A stretch of 64,000 nucleotides of DNA from assembly GCA_963722305.1 (NCBI GenBank), contig CAVRKE010000001.1, forward strand, positions 245,549 to 309,548. The letters are read 5' to 3'. Below the pieces are notes generated by a model, which searched no databases, was not told the DNA's origin, and worked only from the letters and a program-made list of their open reading frames with translations. Source of the DNA: Candidatus Levyibacteriota bacterium. Its GTDB lineage: Bacteria; Patescibacteriota; Microgenomatia; Levybacterales; UBA12049. A program made the position numbers and the translations under genes. This document shows positions 9,255-17,812 of this stretch, piece by piece (within the stretch, counting starts at the first letter, position 1; each line of letters begins with the position of its first letter).

Positions 9255-9854
9255 ATGGTTTCAATCAGTGAAATTTGGGAAGACAAAGAAGGTTTTGAAC
9301 AGTGGTTTGAAAATCCCCAGTTGCATCTTCGGTTAAGAGACTTCCGCAAACCTCCGCCTTTAGCGGAAGAAGATTTAGTTTTATTAACTGAGCTTGGAAC
9401 TGGACCAAAAACTTATGATACGGGTTTGGTCATTGGCCGCTTTCAACCGCTTCACTACGGACACATCTTTTTAATGATGCAGGCGCTTAGGGTCTGCGAT
9501 CAAATTGCCGTTGGTATTGGAAGCGCCAATGTTGTCGACGAAAAAAATCCTTTTCCCATAGACTTAAGGGAACAAATGTTAAGGGAGGCACTACACGATT
9601 TTGGACTTACTGCAAGACTAACGCAAATTGTCAGAATTAATGATGTTAATGATGACCAACAATGGTTTGAGCAAACACGTTTGCTTACAAAATTTGATGT
9701 GGTTGTGGGTAACAATGAATCCGGCGTAAACAGAATCTTCAGAGAAAGGGGGATTCCGACCGTGCAAACCCCTCTTTTGAACCGCGCTTTTTATCAGGGG
9801 ACACATATCCGGTGGACGCTGAGCAACGAAGGTTTACTACCTCAAATCATTTAG
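9255..9854 (+). CDS. nadM: nicotinamide-nucleotide adenylyltransferase, archaeal NadM-type cytidylyltransferase fold
   Basis: GRFQPLHYGHIFLM HxGH nucleotidyltransferase motif, about 200 aa. Confidence 0.75.
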   Translation: MVSISEIWEDKEGFEQWFENPQLHLRLRDFRKPPPLAEEDLVLLTELGTGPKTYDTGLVIGRFQPLHYGHIFLMMQALRVCDQIAVGIGSANVVDEKNPFPIDLREQMLREALHDFGLTARLTQIVRINDVNDDQQWFEQTRLLTKFDVVVGNNESGVNRIFRERGIPTVQTPLLNRAFYQGTHIRWTLSNEGLLPQII

Positions 9855-10744
9855 GATGCAGGCTTGGTGGCTAAAAGTATGTTGTACGAAGTTGCCCCGG
9901 AATTAAATAATCCTTCCTGGTACATCCCCCATAAGCTATTTTTAACCATAAAATCGGGGACTATTCTTAATTTACCCGCAGAAACTGCCAGTGGATAAGT
10001 AACTCTGCACATCATTCTCATTCTTGCTGCCGAAGGCATTACTTCATTTGTTAGGTCTGAATTAGCTACAGCTGTAAATCCTGCCTGTTGCATAACTTTA
10101 GCTATATTTGCTGCTGTCCTAAAATCGTTAAAACAACCGGACACCTCTTGCCCTACTTTCATCTGACTTATTTCTTGCGGAGTTAAATCTGTTCTTCCTA
10201 AAAACGTAGCGACAATTATTAATCTTCCGCCTGGTTTTAGCATCCTAAAAGCTTCTTTAATAAACTCATCCGGATCACTTGCGTGTTCCAGGCTTTCCAA
10301 AGACCATACTACGTCAAATGATTGATCCGGAAAGGGCATTTGCTGATAATCTCCTTCCTCAAAAGTGACCAAATCGGAAAGTCCTTTCTTCCGGGCAATC
10401 TTTCTACCTTCTTCTATTTGTTTCTGCACAATATTTAAACCGACAACCTTCGCTCCTCTATTTTTAGCCAACCAAATACCGCTACCTCCAATCCCGCAAC
10501 CCGCATCCAAAACCCGATCACCGGGTTTTATAGCGATCATATCTGCAAGCACTCTATTTTCATTGATAATTGCTTCGAAACGGTTTTTCATACCTTTTTC
10601 CCACAGTCCGTAATGTAAACCGTTTGTTCCACGGTGCCATGCGAGCCTATAAAAAAGGTGAGCTTTTTCATAGTACCGAATAATTCTGCTTTTATGCTCC
10701 TCCTCAGATGAGTTTAATCTAAGCGGTCTGTCTTCAATACTCAT
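9851..10744 (-). CDS. class I SAM-dependent methyltransferase
   Basis: Motif I VLDAGCGIGGSG, acidic motif II, LKPGGRLII. Confidence 0.8.
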   Translation of the reverse strand: MSIEDRPLRLNSSEEEHKSRIIRYYEKAHLFYRLAWHRGTNGLHYGLWEKGMKNRFEAIINENRVLADMIAIKPGDRVLDAGCGIGGSGIWLAKNRGAKVVGLNIVQKQIEEGRKIARKKGLSDLVTFEEGDYQQMPFPDQSFDVVWSLESLEHASDPDEFIKEAFRMLKPGGRLIIVATFLGRTDLTPQEISQMKVGQEVSGCFNDFRTAANIAKVMQQAGFTAVANSDLTNEVMPSAARMRMMCRVTYPLAVSAGKLRIVPDFMVKNSLWGMYQEGLFNSGATSYNILLATKPAS

Positions 10745-10782
10745 AGAACCCGATTTTAGCAGTTATTTTATCTTTATTCAAA

Positions 10783-11562
10783 CTATAAGTTATTGTTAAG
10801 GTGGTAGGGGACTCTTAATTTGTAGGCATTATTTTCGGCAAACTCAATAATTTTTTTTGCCCCCGGATACATTTGCTCAATCGAAAAAGCCGAATTCTTT
10901 TTATCAAAATACAAAAGTAGAACCGGATCCGCTTCTTTGTAGGTAAAACCGAACTCTTTTTCGTCGGTTTGCTCTCCCCATAAACCCGCTGAAGGATGTT
11001 TTGAAATAATTAACTCCGGAATTTTTAAATATTTTGCCAATTCATAAACCTGAGTTTTGTACAGATGGACAATCGGTTCAATATCGGAAGCCGCGTCGCC
11101 AAAACGAGTGAAGTAGCCCAAAAAATGTTCCGAACGGTTTTCCGTACCAACCACCATGGCATTATTTTTTTTGGCAGTGTCAAAAAGCATCATCATACGG
11201 ACCCGCGCCATAATATTTCCCTTACGGACCAAATCTTTTTCGGGAACCTTTAATTCTTTGATCAAACTGTCCGCCATTATTTTGATTGAGAAAATCTGCA
11301 GATTAGATTTTGGAATATTTAAACTTTGTAGCAGTTGGTTAATATCATCAGCTTCATCCTTAAAATAGGGAAGATGTAAAATTTTGATGTTTTGAGAAGG
11401 TATTGCCTTGCTTAAAAGCGCCAAACTGACGGCCGAATCGATTCCACCGGAAACTCCGATCACTGCTTTTTTGATTTTTTGGTCCAAAAAAGTTTGCCTT
11501 AAAAAAGAGACAATTTTGGAAACCTCTTCTTCTGTGTCTATTTCCAACAAGTCTTTAAACAT
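10783..11562 (-). CDS. nadE: NH3-dependent NAD+ synthetase
   Basis: PP-loop IGVSGGIDSAV (SGGxDS); likely start MFKDLLEI inside the longer ORF. Confidence 0.85.
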   Translation of the reverse strand: MFKDLLEIDTEEEVSKIVSFLRQTFLDQKIKKAVIGVSGGIDSAVSLALLSKAIPSQNIKILHLPYFKDEADDINQLLQSLNIPKSNLQIFSIKIMADSLIKELKVPEKDLVRKGNIMARVRMMMLFDTAKKNNAMVVGTENRSEHFLGYFTRFGDAASDIEPIVHLYKTQVYELAKYLKIPELIISKHPSAGLWGEQTDEKEFGFTYKEADPVLLLYFDKKNSAFSIEQMYPGAKKIIEFAENNAYKLRVPYHLNNNL

Positions 11563-12120
11563 ATAATTTATGCTCCTTAATATACATCTCCACTTTTTCC
11601 GGCACAAGACCATGAATTGATTTTCCTTGTTTAACCCTTTCTCTGATTTTAGTCGAAGAAAAATCGGTGGTAATCAGTGTTGGTGAACTAAGCACTTCAA
11701 AACCTTCGGGAATTTTAGAGGGAATGGCGTGTGGATCGCGCGGTACAATCAGAAATGTGGCAAGCTTCAAAAGCTCATCTGCCTTTGCCCACCTTCTAAA
11801 TTCCGGCAATATATCCGAACCGCACACCCAGAAAATTTCCGCCCCGGTTTGACTTTTAACTTCTTTAATCGTATCAACGCTATAACTGATTCCCCTCCTT
11901 TTGATTTCGATATCCGAAATTTCTACCCGCGGTTGTAAAAAAACTTTCAGCATTTCCATTCTGTCTTTAGGACTGGCAACAATCGGTTTCCACTGGTGTT
12001 GAAAAGTCGGTACTAACAACAATTTATCGATATCCTTACGGAATTTTAGAACTTGTTTAACGGCTAAAAAATGACCAAGGTGGGGAGGATCAAATCTTCC
12101 GCCAAAAATTGCAATCTTCA
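11555..12120 (-). CDS. nadD: nicotinate-nucleotide adenylyltransferase
   Basis: IAIFGGRFDPPHLGH HxGH motif; start placed at MKIAIFGG because the longer ORF N-terminus overlaps tRNA-Arg. Confidence 0.8.
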
Positions 12121-12181
12121 TTCTGTGATATATTGTATCAAAATTTCCATTTCTTAGCCCCATTTGATAAAATATGAGTAC

Positions 12182-12254
12182 GGCCCTGTAGCTCAACGGA
12201 TAGAGCGAGTGCATTCTAAGCACCAGGTTGGGGGTTCGATTCCCTCCAGGGTCA
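12182..12254 (+). tRNA. tRNA-Arg(UCU)
   Basis: Manual fold: acceptor GGCCCUG/CAGGGUC, D-arm GCUC/GAGC, anticodon loop AUUCUAA, T-arm GGGGG-UUCGAUU-CCCUC. Confidence 0.85.
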
Positions 12255-12359
12255 CAAGTTGTATCTAAGCTCCGCAATTACAAACAGGTTCAATTGTTGT
12301 ATAATCTTTTTGAACTTATTAATCCTGTTAAATCCGATTAAATTTGATAGTAATTAAAT

Positions 12360-12620
12360 ATGACGAGATTTTATTACACTTATATTTTACAATCGAAAAC
12401 AGATAAGAAGTTTTATACTGGTTTTACAAATGATTTAATCGGAAGATTTAAGCTTCATCAGACTGGAAAAGTTTCCTCAACAAAAAACAGAACACCATTT
12501 AAGTTAATTTATTATGAAGCGTGCTTAACTCAAAAAGACGCGACAAGAAGGGAGAAGTATTTAAAAACCTATCTGGGTAAAATGTTATTACGCAATAGGC
12601 TTAAATCTTATTTAACATGA
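12360..12620 (+). CDS. GIY-YIG nuclease domain protein
   Basis: YYTYILQSKTDKKFYTGFTNDLIGRFKLHQ matches the GIY-YIG signature. Confidence 0.75.
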   Translation: MTRFYYTYILQSKTDKKFYTGFTNDLIGRFKLHQTGKVSSTKNRTPFKLIYYEACLTQKDATRREKYLKTYLGKMLLRNRLKSYLT

Positions 12621-12623
12621 TAA

Positions 12624-13469
12624 ATGAAAAAATTTAAGAAATTATTAATTGAGCAGGCTTTGCCAATTCTTCTAACGTTTTTCACTTTTCTAGTTTTAGC
12701 CACTCTACTTTACGGCCTACTGTTAATTCTTGATTCGCTTAAACTGGGCGCGCCGATAATTTTGGATTTCCGCAGAAGAGAGGTTTTATTCGGAATCATT
12801 ATTTACCTTAAAACTGCCATCGACTTTGCCATTTTTATCGGAAACCTGATGCGCACCAACCCCGGTTGGAAAAAAAGGATTGCCATAGAACTTGGAACAG
12901 CCGTAGGGAATGGCCTTGGCACTTTTCTGATTTTAATTATCTGGACCGTACTTAAAGCAGTGCCGCTTTTGATGATAGTGATGATTTTTATCGCCTCGGT
13001 CGTGCTTTTGCGTATGGCTCAGGAAAGCTTTGAAGAATTCTTAAAACAAAGACAAAGCTTTATCAAATTAAAAATGCCGGTTTCGCTTTTACAGGACCAG
13101 CTAAATTTAGTTAACAAAATTTTTAGGCCAATTCTGCGCTTTTTCGTTCCGAATTTGAACTTGACCAAAACCAAAAAATTGTCTTTTGTCAACTTAGTGG
13201 TCTTTTCTCTAACCATTCCTTTTGTCTTGGGTCTGGATGACTTTGCCGGCTACATTCCTTTGTTTACATTAATAAACGTTTTTGGATTCACGCTCGGAAT
13301 TTTACTCGGTCACATGCTTTTAACCATCGGGCTTTTCGCGTTTCCGAAAAAAACTGTCGAGGTTGTGAAGCATCCGATTGTCCTAATTGCCGGAGGCCTG
13401 GCTTTTATCGGACTCGGACTTTACGGTTTTTATGAAACATTTTTAATTCTTCTTGGCCTCGTCCACTAA
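12624..13469 (+). CDS. polytopic integral membrane protein (hypothetical)
   Basis: 281 aa with 7 or more hydrophobic helices. Confidence 0.6.
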   Translation: MKKFKKLLIEQALPILLTFFTFLVLATLLYGLLLILDSLKLGAPIILDFRRREVLFGIIIYLKTAIDFAIFIGNLMRTNPGWKKRIAIELGTAVGNGLGTFLILIIWTVLKAVPLLMIVMIFIASVVLLRMAQESFEEFLKQRQSFIKLKMPVSLLQDQLNLVNKIFRPILRFFVPNLNLTKTKKLSFVNLVVFSLTIPFVLGLDDFAGYIPLFTLINVFGFTLGILLGHMLLTIGLFAFPKKTVEVVKHPIVLIAGGLAFIGLGLYGFYETFLILLGLVH

Positions 13470-13516
13470 CCTACGCACTTGAGTGTGAATAAAGCGTTTA
13501 GTATAATAGTTTATAC

Positions 13517-13589
<73 letters not shown>

Positions 13590-13590
13590 A

Positions 13591-13620
13591 AAAAATCCCC
13601 TTTTTTAGGGGATTTTTAAT
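13591..13620 (+). terminator. rho-independent terminator after tRNA-Gly
   Basis: AAAAATCCCC-TTTTTT-AGGGGATTTTT hairpin plus T-run. Confidence 0.7.
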
Positions 13621-13721
13621 TGACCTTGATTACAATCATTGAATTAAACCGAATTGTAAGGTAAAATTGTAATACGTTAGTCTCGACCCCTGCCTCGAAT
13701 TTCGGGGTCGAGTCTATACGC

Positions 13722-13806
13722 GCCGCGGTGGTGGAATGGCAGACACGAGGGCCTTAAGAGCCTTTGCCTTTAATCGGGCGTGAGAGTTCGACTCTCTCTC
13801 GCGGCA
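13722..13806 (+). tRNA. tRNA-Leu(UAA), type II
   Basis: Acceptor GCCGCGG/UCGCGGC, D-arm GUG-GAAUGGCAGA-CAC, anticodon loop CUUAAGA, long variable arm, T-arm GAGAG-UUCGACU-CUCUC. Confidence 0.85.
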
Positions 13807-13826
13807 CTTCTTCATAAACTTATTTC

Positions 13827-14007
13827 CGGGGAATAGCTCAGTTGGTAGAGCGCGCGGTTTGCCTGCCCGCCATAGCTACGGAGTGTAGTTCATCGGTAGA
13901 ACGCTCGGTTTGGGACCGAGAAGTAGGAGGTCCAATTCCTCTCACTCCGACAAGGCAAGTGCAGGCGGGGGACCGTGAGGCCGGAGGTTCGAGTCCTCTT
14001 TCCCCGA
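13827..14007 (+). tRNA. split/intron-containing tRNA-Ala(UGC)-like gene; the ~108-nt insertion in the anticodon loop is itself a complete tRNA-Pro
   Basis: 5' half CGGGGAA-UA-GCUC-AGUUGGUA-GAGC-G-CGCGG-UUUGC; 3' half (A)CCGUG-AGGCC-GGAGG-UUCGAGU-CCUCU-UUCCCCG-A; acceptor 7/7 bp, anticodon stem 5/5 (one G-U), canonical D and T loops. Confidence 0.5.
13879..13950 (+). tRNA. tRNA-Pro(UGG), nested inside the tRNA-Ala-like gene
   Basis: Acceptor CGGAGUG/CACUCCG, D-arm GUUC-AUCGGUA-GAAC, anticodon stem CUCGG/CCGAG with loop UUUGGGA, T-arm GGAGG-UCCAAUU-CCUCU (C55 unusual), discriminator A. Confidence 0.6.
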
Positions 14008-14078
14008 CTAAAGAGGACGAGAAGCCAGCTCGAAGAGCAGTCCTGAGACGAAGCATAAGGAAGTCCTCTTTCCCCGAC
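13992..14078. repeat. 17-bp perfect direct repeat AGTCCTCTTTCCCCGAC (13992..14008 and 14062..14078) duplicating the T-arm/acceptor 3' end; the first copy is followed by its complement AAAGAGGAC, forming a hairpin
   Basis: Direct reading. Confidence 0.8.
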
Positions 14079-14080
14079 AA

Positions 14081-15043
14081 CTATCCATGCTGCGGAGGAG
14101 TAATGCCTTCCGACTTTAAGGAGTAATCCAAAAGCTCAATCATTTCACCCCTTCTATCATCACTTCCCAAAATGACGGCAATAATTTTGTGTCCGCCGTA
14201 ATCTAAGTAAGTCACTAAACATAAACCCGCTTCGGGCGTGTAACCGGTTTTAACGCCTTTAACACCGGGGTAACTGGTCAAAAGATTAGTCTGGTTTTCC
14301 AGATAAAAAGCTTTGTGCTCCACAGTGTAGGGGATATCGTAATCAAAAGTCGAAACGACCTGGTCAAACAAGGGAAAGTTAGAAATGGCATAGTCTGTAA
14401 TCACTAATAAATCATAGGCGGTGGTATATTGCTTGCCGTCCCCCTCAAGCCCGGTCGGGTTGGTAAAATTAGTATCGGAAAGACCCAACGATTTTACCTT
14501 ATCATTCATCGCTTTAATAAAAAATTCTCTGCCCGGAAAATTTTCGGCCAGCACCTCTGCCGCATCATTGCCGCTAGTTAGTATCAACCCATACAATAAA
14601 TCACTCAGAGTGAGCGTTTCACCGGTACTTAAGCCCATTGAATCTTCTCCGACCAAATCGTCCTGTTTAACAACGTAAGCATCATCCAGTCTTTTATTCT
14701 CTAAGGCAATGACGGCGGTCATAATTTTTGTGAGGGAGGCCATCGGCAATCTTTCTTGCGGGTTTTTGGAGTAGAGCACTTGTTTTGAAGTTGTATCGTA
14801 AATTAACGCCGACTTGGCGCTAATTTGCGGTGCCTGAAAACTAACCGAAATTTTGTTCCTTAAAGAAGGCAGCCAGAGATTTAGGCTTGAAACTTGCTTG
14901 TTAAGAAAAGCTGTTAAAAAATCGGGGACAGGGGAAACAATTGGACCTTTATTATTCGTCACTTTCGCGTAAATATTCAGCGAGGCAAAACCTAAAATTC
15001 CTAAAAAACACAAAAAAAACAAAAACAGCATAACTTTCTTCAT
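14081..15043 (-). CDS. D-alanyl-D-alanine carboxypeptidase (serine-type PBP5/6 family)
   Basis: SxxK ASLTKIMT, SGN LTSGNDAA, KTG VKGVKTGYT, N-terminal signal peptide. Confidence 0.85.
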   Translation of the reverse strand: MKKVMLFLFFLCFLGILGFASLNIYAKVTNNKGPIVSPVPDFLTAFLNKQVSSLNLWLPSLRNKISVSFQAPQISAKSALIYDTTSKQVLYSKNPQERLPMASLTKIMTAVIALENKRLDDAYVVKQDDLVGEDSMGLSTGETLTLSDLLYGLILTSGNDAAEVLAENFPGREFFIKAMNDKVKSLGLSDTNFTNPTGLEGDGKQYTTAYDLLVITDYAISNFPLFDQVVSTFDYDIPYTVEHKAFYLENQTNLLTSYPGVKGVKTGYTPEAGLCLVTYLDYGGHKIIAVILGSDDRRGEMIELLDYSLKSEGITPPQHG

Positions 15044-15063
15044 AAATTTTATTGTACACGATT
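15036..15063. repeat. 28-bp sequence TTCTTCATAAATTTTATTGTACACGATT covering the start codon and 5' UTR (minus strand), identical at 16248..16275
   Basis: Direct reading. Confidence 0.8.
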
Positions 15064-15064
15064 C

Positions 15065-16255
15065 TCAGCGTGAAACTTCGAGCTTTGTTTTTCTCTTTAA
15101 CAGAAACCAGTAGAGCAACACCAGCGATATTGAAAAAAATATCATCAGGAAATTTAATAAATTAAGCATGAATGGTAATGGCGGATTTGCGTTACCCAGA
15201 TATAGATAGGGTACATAAGTGAGCGTCGAAAACGATATCAGAATTATACTGGGAATAAACAAGTAATATTTTCGTATCGCAATCGCCGCAAATGGCAAAT
15301 AATAAATCAGATACCAGGGCTGAAAATTAGTCCTGCTTGAAGCAACAATAACAGCCGTGCCCATTAGTAATGAAGCTAAAGTAAATAGCATGTCCGGTCT
15401 AATCGTGTTTTTTTTATACTGCAAATATCCAATAAAAAGATATACGGGCAATGCAAAAATAGTTGCAAATTTTACTCCCACAGACAACACAAATAAAATT
15501 ATCGCTACTTTATAGTTTTTACGCAGTAGATAGTAAAGGCTTGCTAAAGCAAAGAAGAGCATCATAATATCGTTATGCGGAGAAACCACATTTTCAATAA
15601 GAAACAAGGGGCTTAGACCAATAAACACAACGCTTAAAGCTGCGAATTCGAAAGTAAATATTTTGACAATTTTTTGAACATAGTAGAGTGTTCCTAAAAA
15701 AGAAAAGGTTATTAACATTTTGAATAAAATTAGAGTTGGAATAAAAAATCCCATTCCCAAATAAGATAAAGGGACTGTTAAAACAAGCCAAACAGGCCCG
15801 TATGGATAAGTTTGTCCTGTCCAACGCATAAAATTTACCATCGGATCATTCGGGTAATTATGCGGTGTTTGTAAATAGGGATTCTGGTGATATTGAAGGA
15901 TAATCTTTGGATAAAAAAGATAATTAAAAATATCGTAGGAAAAAGCATTATAAGAAAGCAGCAGTATTGGGACGACTATCAATAACAATTTCCAAACAAA
16001 GGAAACACTTAACCTTTTCTTATACGCTTGGTATAAAAAATAAAAAAAACATAAATGTAAACCAATTAAAATCCCGATATAAATTTCCGTCGATAGAGGA
16101 CGGTTATAATAACCTACATATTGAAAATTTTTAATCATTGTATGTATTAGAGGAGAACGCGAAAGAGTTAAATTCAAATCCACCTGGGTAAATGAATACA
16201 AGAAAAGAAATAAGCAATTAAAAACAAAAAACAAAGCCACAGCAATATTCTTCAT
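15065..16255 (-). CDS. polytopic integral membrane protein (hypothetical, possibly glycosyltransferase-like)
   Basis: 396 aa with more than 10 TM segments; shares its first codons and 5' UTR with the carboxypeptidase gene. Confidence 0.6.
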   Translation of the reverse strand: MKNIAVALFFVFNCLFLFLYSFTQVDLNLTLSRSPLIHTMIKNFQYVGYYNRPLSTEIYIGILIGLHLCFFYFLYQAYKKRLSVSFVWKLLLIVVPILLLSYNAFSYDIFNYLFYPKIILQYHQNPYLQTPHNYPNDPMVNFMRWTGQTYPYGPVWLVLTVPLSYLGMGFFIPTLILFKMLITFSFLGTLYYVQKIVKIFTFEFAALSVVFIGLSPLFLIENVVSPHNDIMMLFFALASLYYLLRKNYKVAIILFVLSVGVKFATIFALPVYLFIGYLQYKKNTIRPDMLFTLASLLMGTAVIVASSRTNFQPWYLIYYLPFAAIAIRKYYLFIPSIILISFSTLTYVPYLYLGNANPPLPFMLNLLNFLMIFFSISLVLLYWFLLKRKTKLEVSR

Positions 16256-16294
16256 AAATTTTATTGTACACGATTTTTGCTACTTAATGAAGCA

Positions 16295-16963
16295 TTATGA
16301 GCTCTGAATCTTAATAATTTCAATTACTTCCTTAAGGTTGTTAATTAAGTAATCGGGCTTTGCCGCTTTAAGCCTGGCGGTTGAACAATTTCCATCAGTG
16401 ATGGCTACAGTAGGGGAGCCTAATTCTTTTCCAATTTCAATTTCCTCAACCGTGTCTCCGATAATTAATGCTTCCGTCGGTAAAATATTGTTGTCTTTAA
16501 GGAAGGCTTGTAACTTATCTTTTTTGTATCTTGAGTCTAATGCGGCAGTGATATGCGAATTGGCTAAAACCGCAGAAAAGTAATTTTCAATTCTCAATCT
16601 TTTCAGCTGCTTTTTAATTTGTTCGTCGATATGATTGCTAAAAATTATTGACTTAATATTATTTTTATCCGCCCATTCCAGAAGTTGTCTTACATTGGCA
16701 CGAGTCCTAATTTTAGTTGCTCTTTGCTCATAAAAAGTATGAAAAGTCTTGGCAACCAGCGCAGAGTTTTTGGCAGATTGTTCAATAGGAACACCAAGAC
16801 GAGAATAACTTTTGCTTACCGGCACATCAAAAATTTGCTGCAAGTATTCTAAAGTTGTCTGTTTTAATTTAAACAGTTTAAGCACTGCATTAACGCCATC
16901 CAGAATGGCAGCCGTATCGGCAAAAATTGTTCCGTTCCAATCAAAGGCGATTAGTTTAATCAT
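16295..16963 (-). CDS. HAD-superfamily hydrolase
   Basis: Motif I IAFDWNGTI (DxxGT variant), C-terminal IIGDTVEEIEIGKELG. Confidence 0.7.
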   Translation of the reverse strand: MIKLIAFDWNGTIFADTAAILDGVNAVLKLFKLKQTTLEYLQQIFDVPVSKSYSRLGVPIEQSAKNSALVAKTFHTFYEQRATKIRTRANVRQLLEWADKNNIKSIIFSNHIDEQIKKQLKRLRIENYFSAVLANSHITAALDSRYKKDKLQAFLKDNNILPTEALIIGDTVEEIEIGKELGSPTVAITDGNCSTARLKAAKPDYLINNLKEVIEIIKIQSS

Positions 16964-16991
16964 ATTTGGATTATAGCAAAAGCAAAAACTT

Positions 16992-17000
16992 TGGTATAAT
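16992..17000 (+). promoter_or_regulatory. extended -10 promoter element TGGTATAAT upstream of tRNA-Gln
   Basis: TGnTATAAT match about 70 bp upstream of the tRNA. Confidence 0.5.
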
Positions 17001-17016
17001 TAGCGTTAGAGAACAT

Positions 17017-17081
17017 TCAATGCGGGATCGTCCACACAGGGACGCACCCACCAAGTAAGGTAAAAATCAATGCGGGATCGT
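17017..17081. repeat. 15-bp direct repeat TCAATGCGGGATCGT (17017..17031 and 17067..17081); the second copy contains the tRNA-Gln 5' end
   Basis: Direct reading. Confidence 0.8.
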
Positions 17082-17141
17082 ATAATGGTAGTACAGCGGA
17101 CTTTGGATCCGTTTATCATGGTTCGAATCCATGTCCCGCAG
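17071..17141 (+). tRNA. tRNA-Gln(UUG)
   Basis: Acceptor UGCGGGA/UCCCGCA, anticodon stem GCGGA/UCCGU with loop CUUUGGA, T-arm CAUGG-UUCGAAU-CCAUG. Confidence 0.85.
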
Positions 17142-17329
17142 CCGATATCGACAGGAGGTTCGTCAGCATCACGAATAGCTTGATACAACGGGCTAATCGT
17201 GTAGTTTATATAGCTAATTTTTAATATCAAACTACATACTCCCGTTTTACACTTCGAACCCAGTAGGTTTCTAATTAAGCACGTCCAGTTATAGTTGACA
17301 ACAAAAAAGGCATTCGTTATACTCGGCTT

Positions 17330-17683
17330 ATGAGTGAGTTTAGGGAAGGAGTAGGTGAACCCGCGCCAATTATAGTAACTTTTGTAAGTGATACTACAGA
17401 AGGAGAACAAATTAGGGTTATAACTGATCAAGGTTTGCCTAATAAGGTAAGGGTTCAAAGAGTACTTGTATTTCCACGAGAGCAATATGGAGAAAAAGAA
17501 ATTATAAATGAAAAGATTAAAGGAGAACAATCTTTTGGAGAAGAAGATGTGAGAGCAGGTGTTGATTGGCTTTCGAAACAGGACCCATATGGTAATGGAG
17601 GTCCTAATAGATCTCCAAATTTGGGAGTTGTTGGGGTAACTTTGGCCAAGGTTGATGTAGCTCTTAGAGTATTGGGCAGTTAA
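17330..17683 (+). CDS. hypothetical protein
   Basis: 117-aa ORF with protein-like composition; preferred over the overlapping minus ORF, which runs antisense through tRNA-Gln. Confidence 0.3.
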   Translation: MSEFREGVGEPAPIIVTFVSDTTEGEQIRVITDQGLPNKVRVQRVLVFPREQYGEKEIINEKIKGEQSFGEEDVRAGVDWLSKQDPYGNGGPNRSPNLGVVGVTLAKVDVALRVLGS

Positions 17684-17812
17684 TTTTTTAAAGTTAAAAG
17701 ATTCAACTTTCATGATCCTCCTCGCTTTGATATACTAGTCTAAGTTGTTCAATTGAAGCTAAAGTTAGTACGAACTGTTTATACGACAGGCAGCCAAGAC
17801 GGGCACCCTTAG

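Noticed and set aside
12121-12277. N-terminal 53-aa extension of the nadD ORF
   Set aside because: The extension is antisense to tRNA-Arg(UCU); the conserved NadD N-terminus starts at the internal MKIAIFGG.
13838-14126. ORFs 13838..14080 (-) and 13842..14126 (+)
   Set aside because: Both lie entirely within the GC-rich tRNA-Ala/tRNA-Pro composite and repeat region and are translation artefacts of tRNA sequence.
17006-17713. 235-aa minus-strand ORF
   Set aside because: It runs antisense through tRNA-Gln (17071..17141) and has low-complexity, non-protein-like composition. The overlapping plus-strand ORF is preferred, though itself weak.
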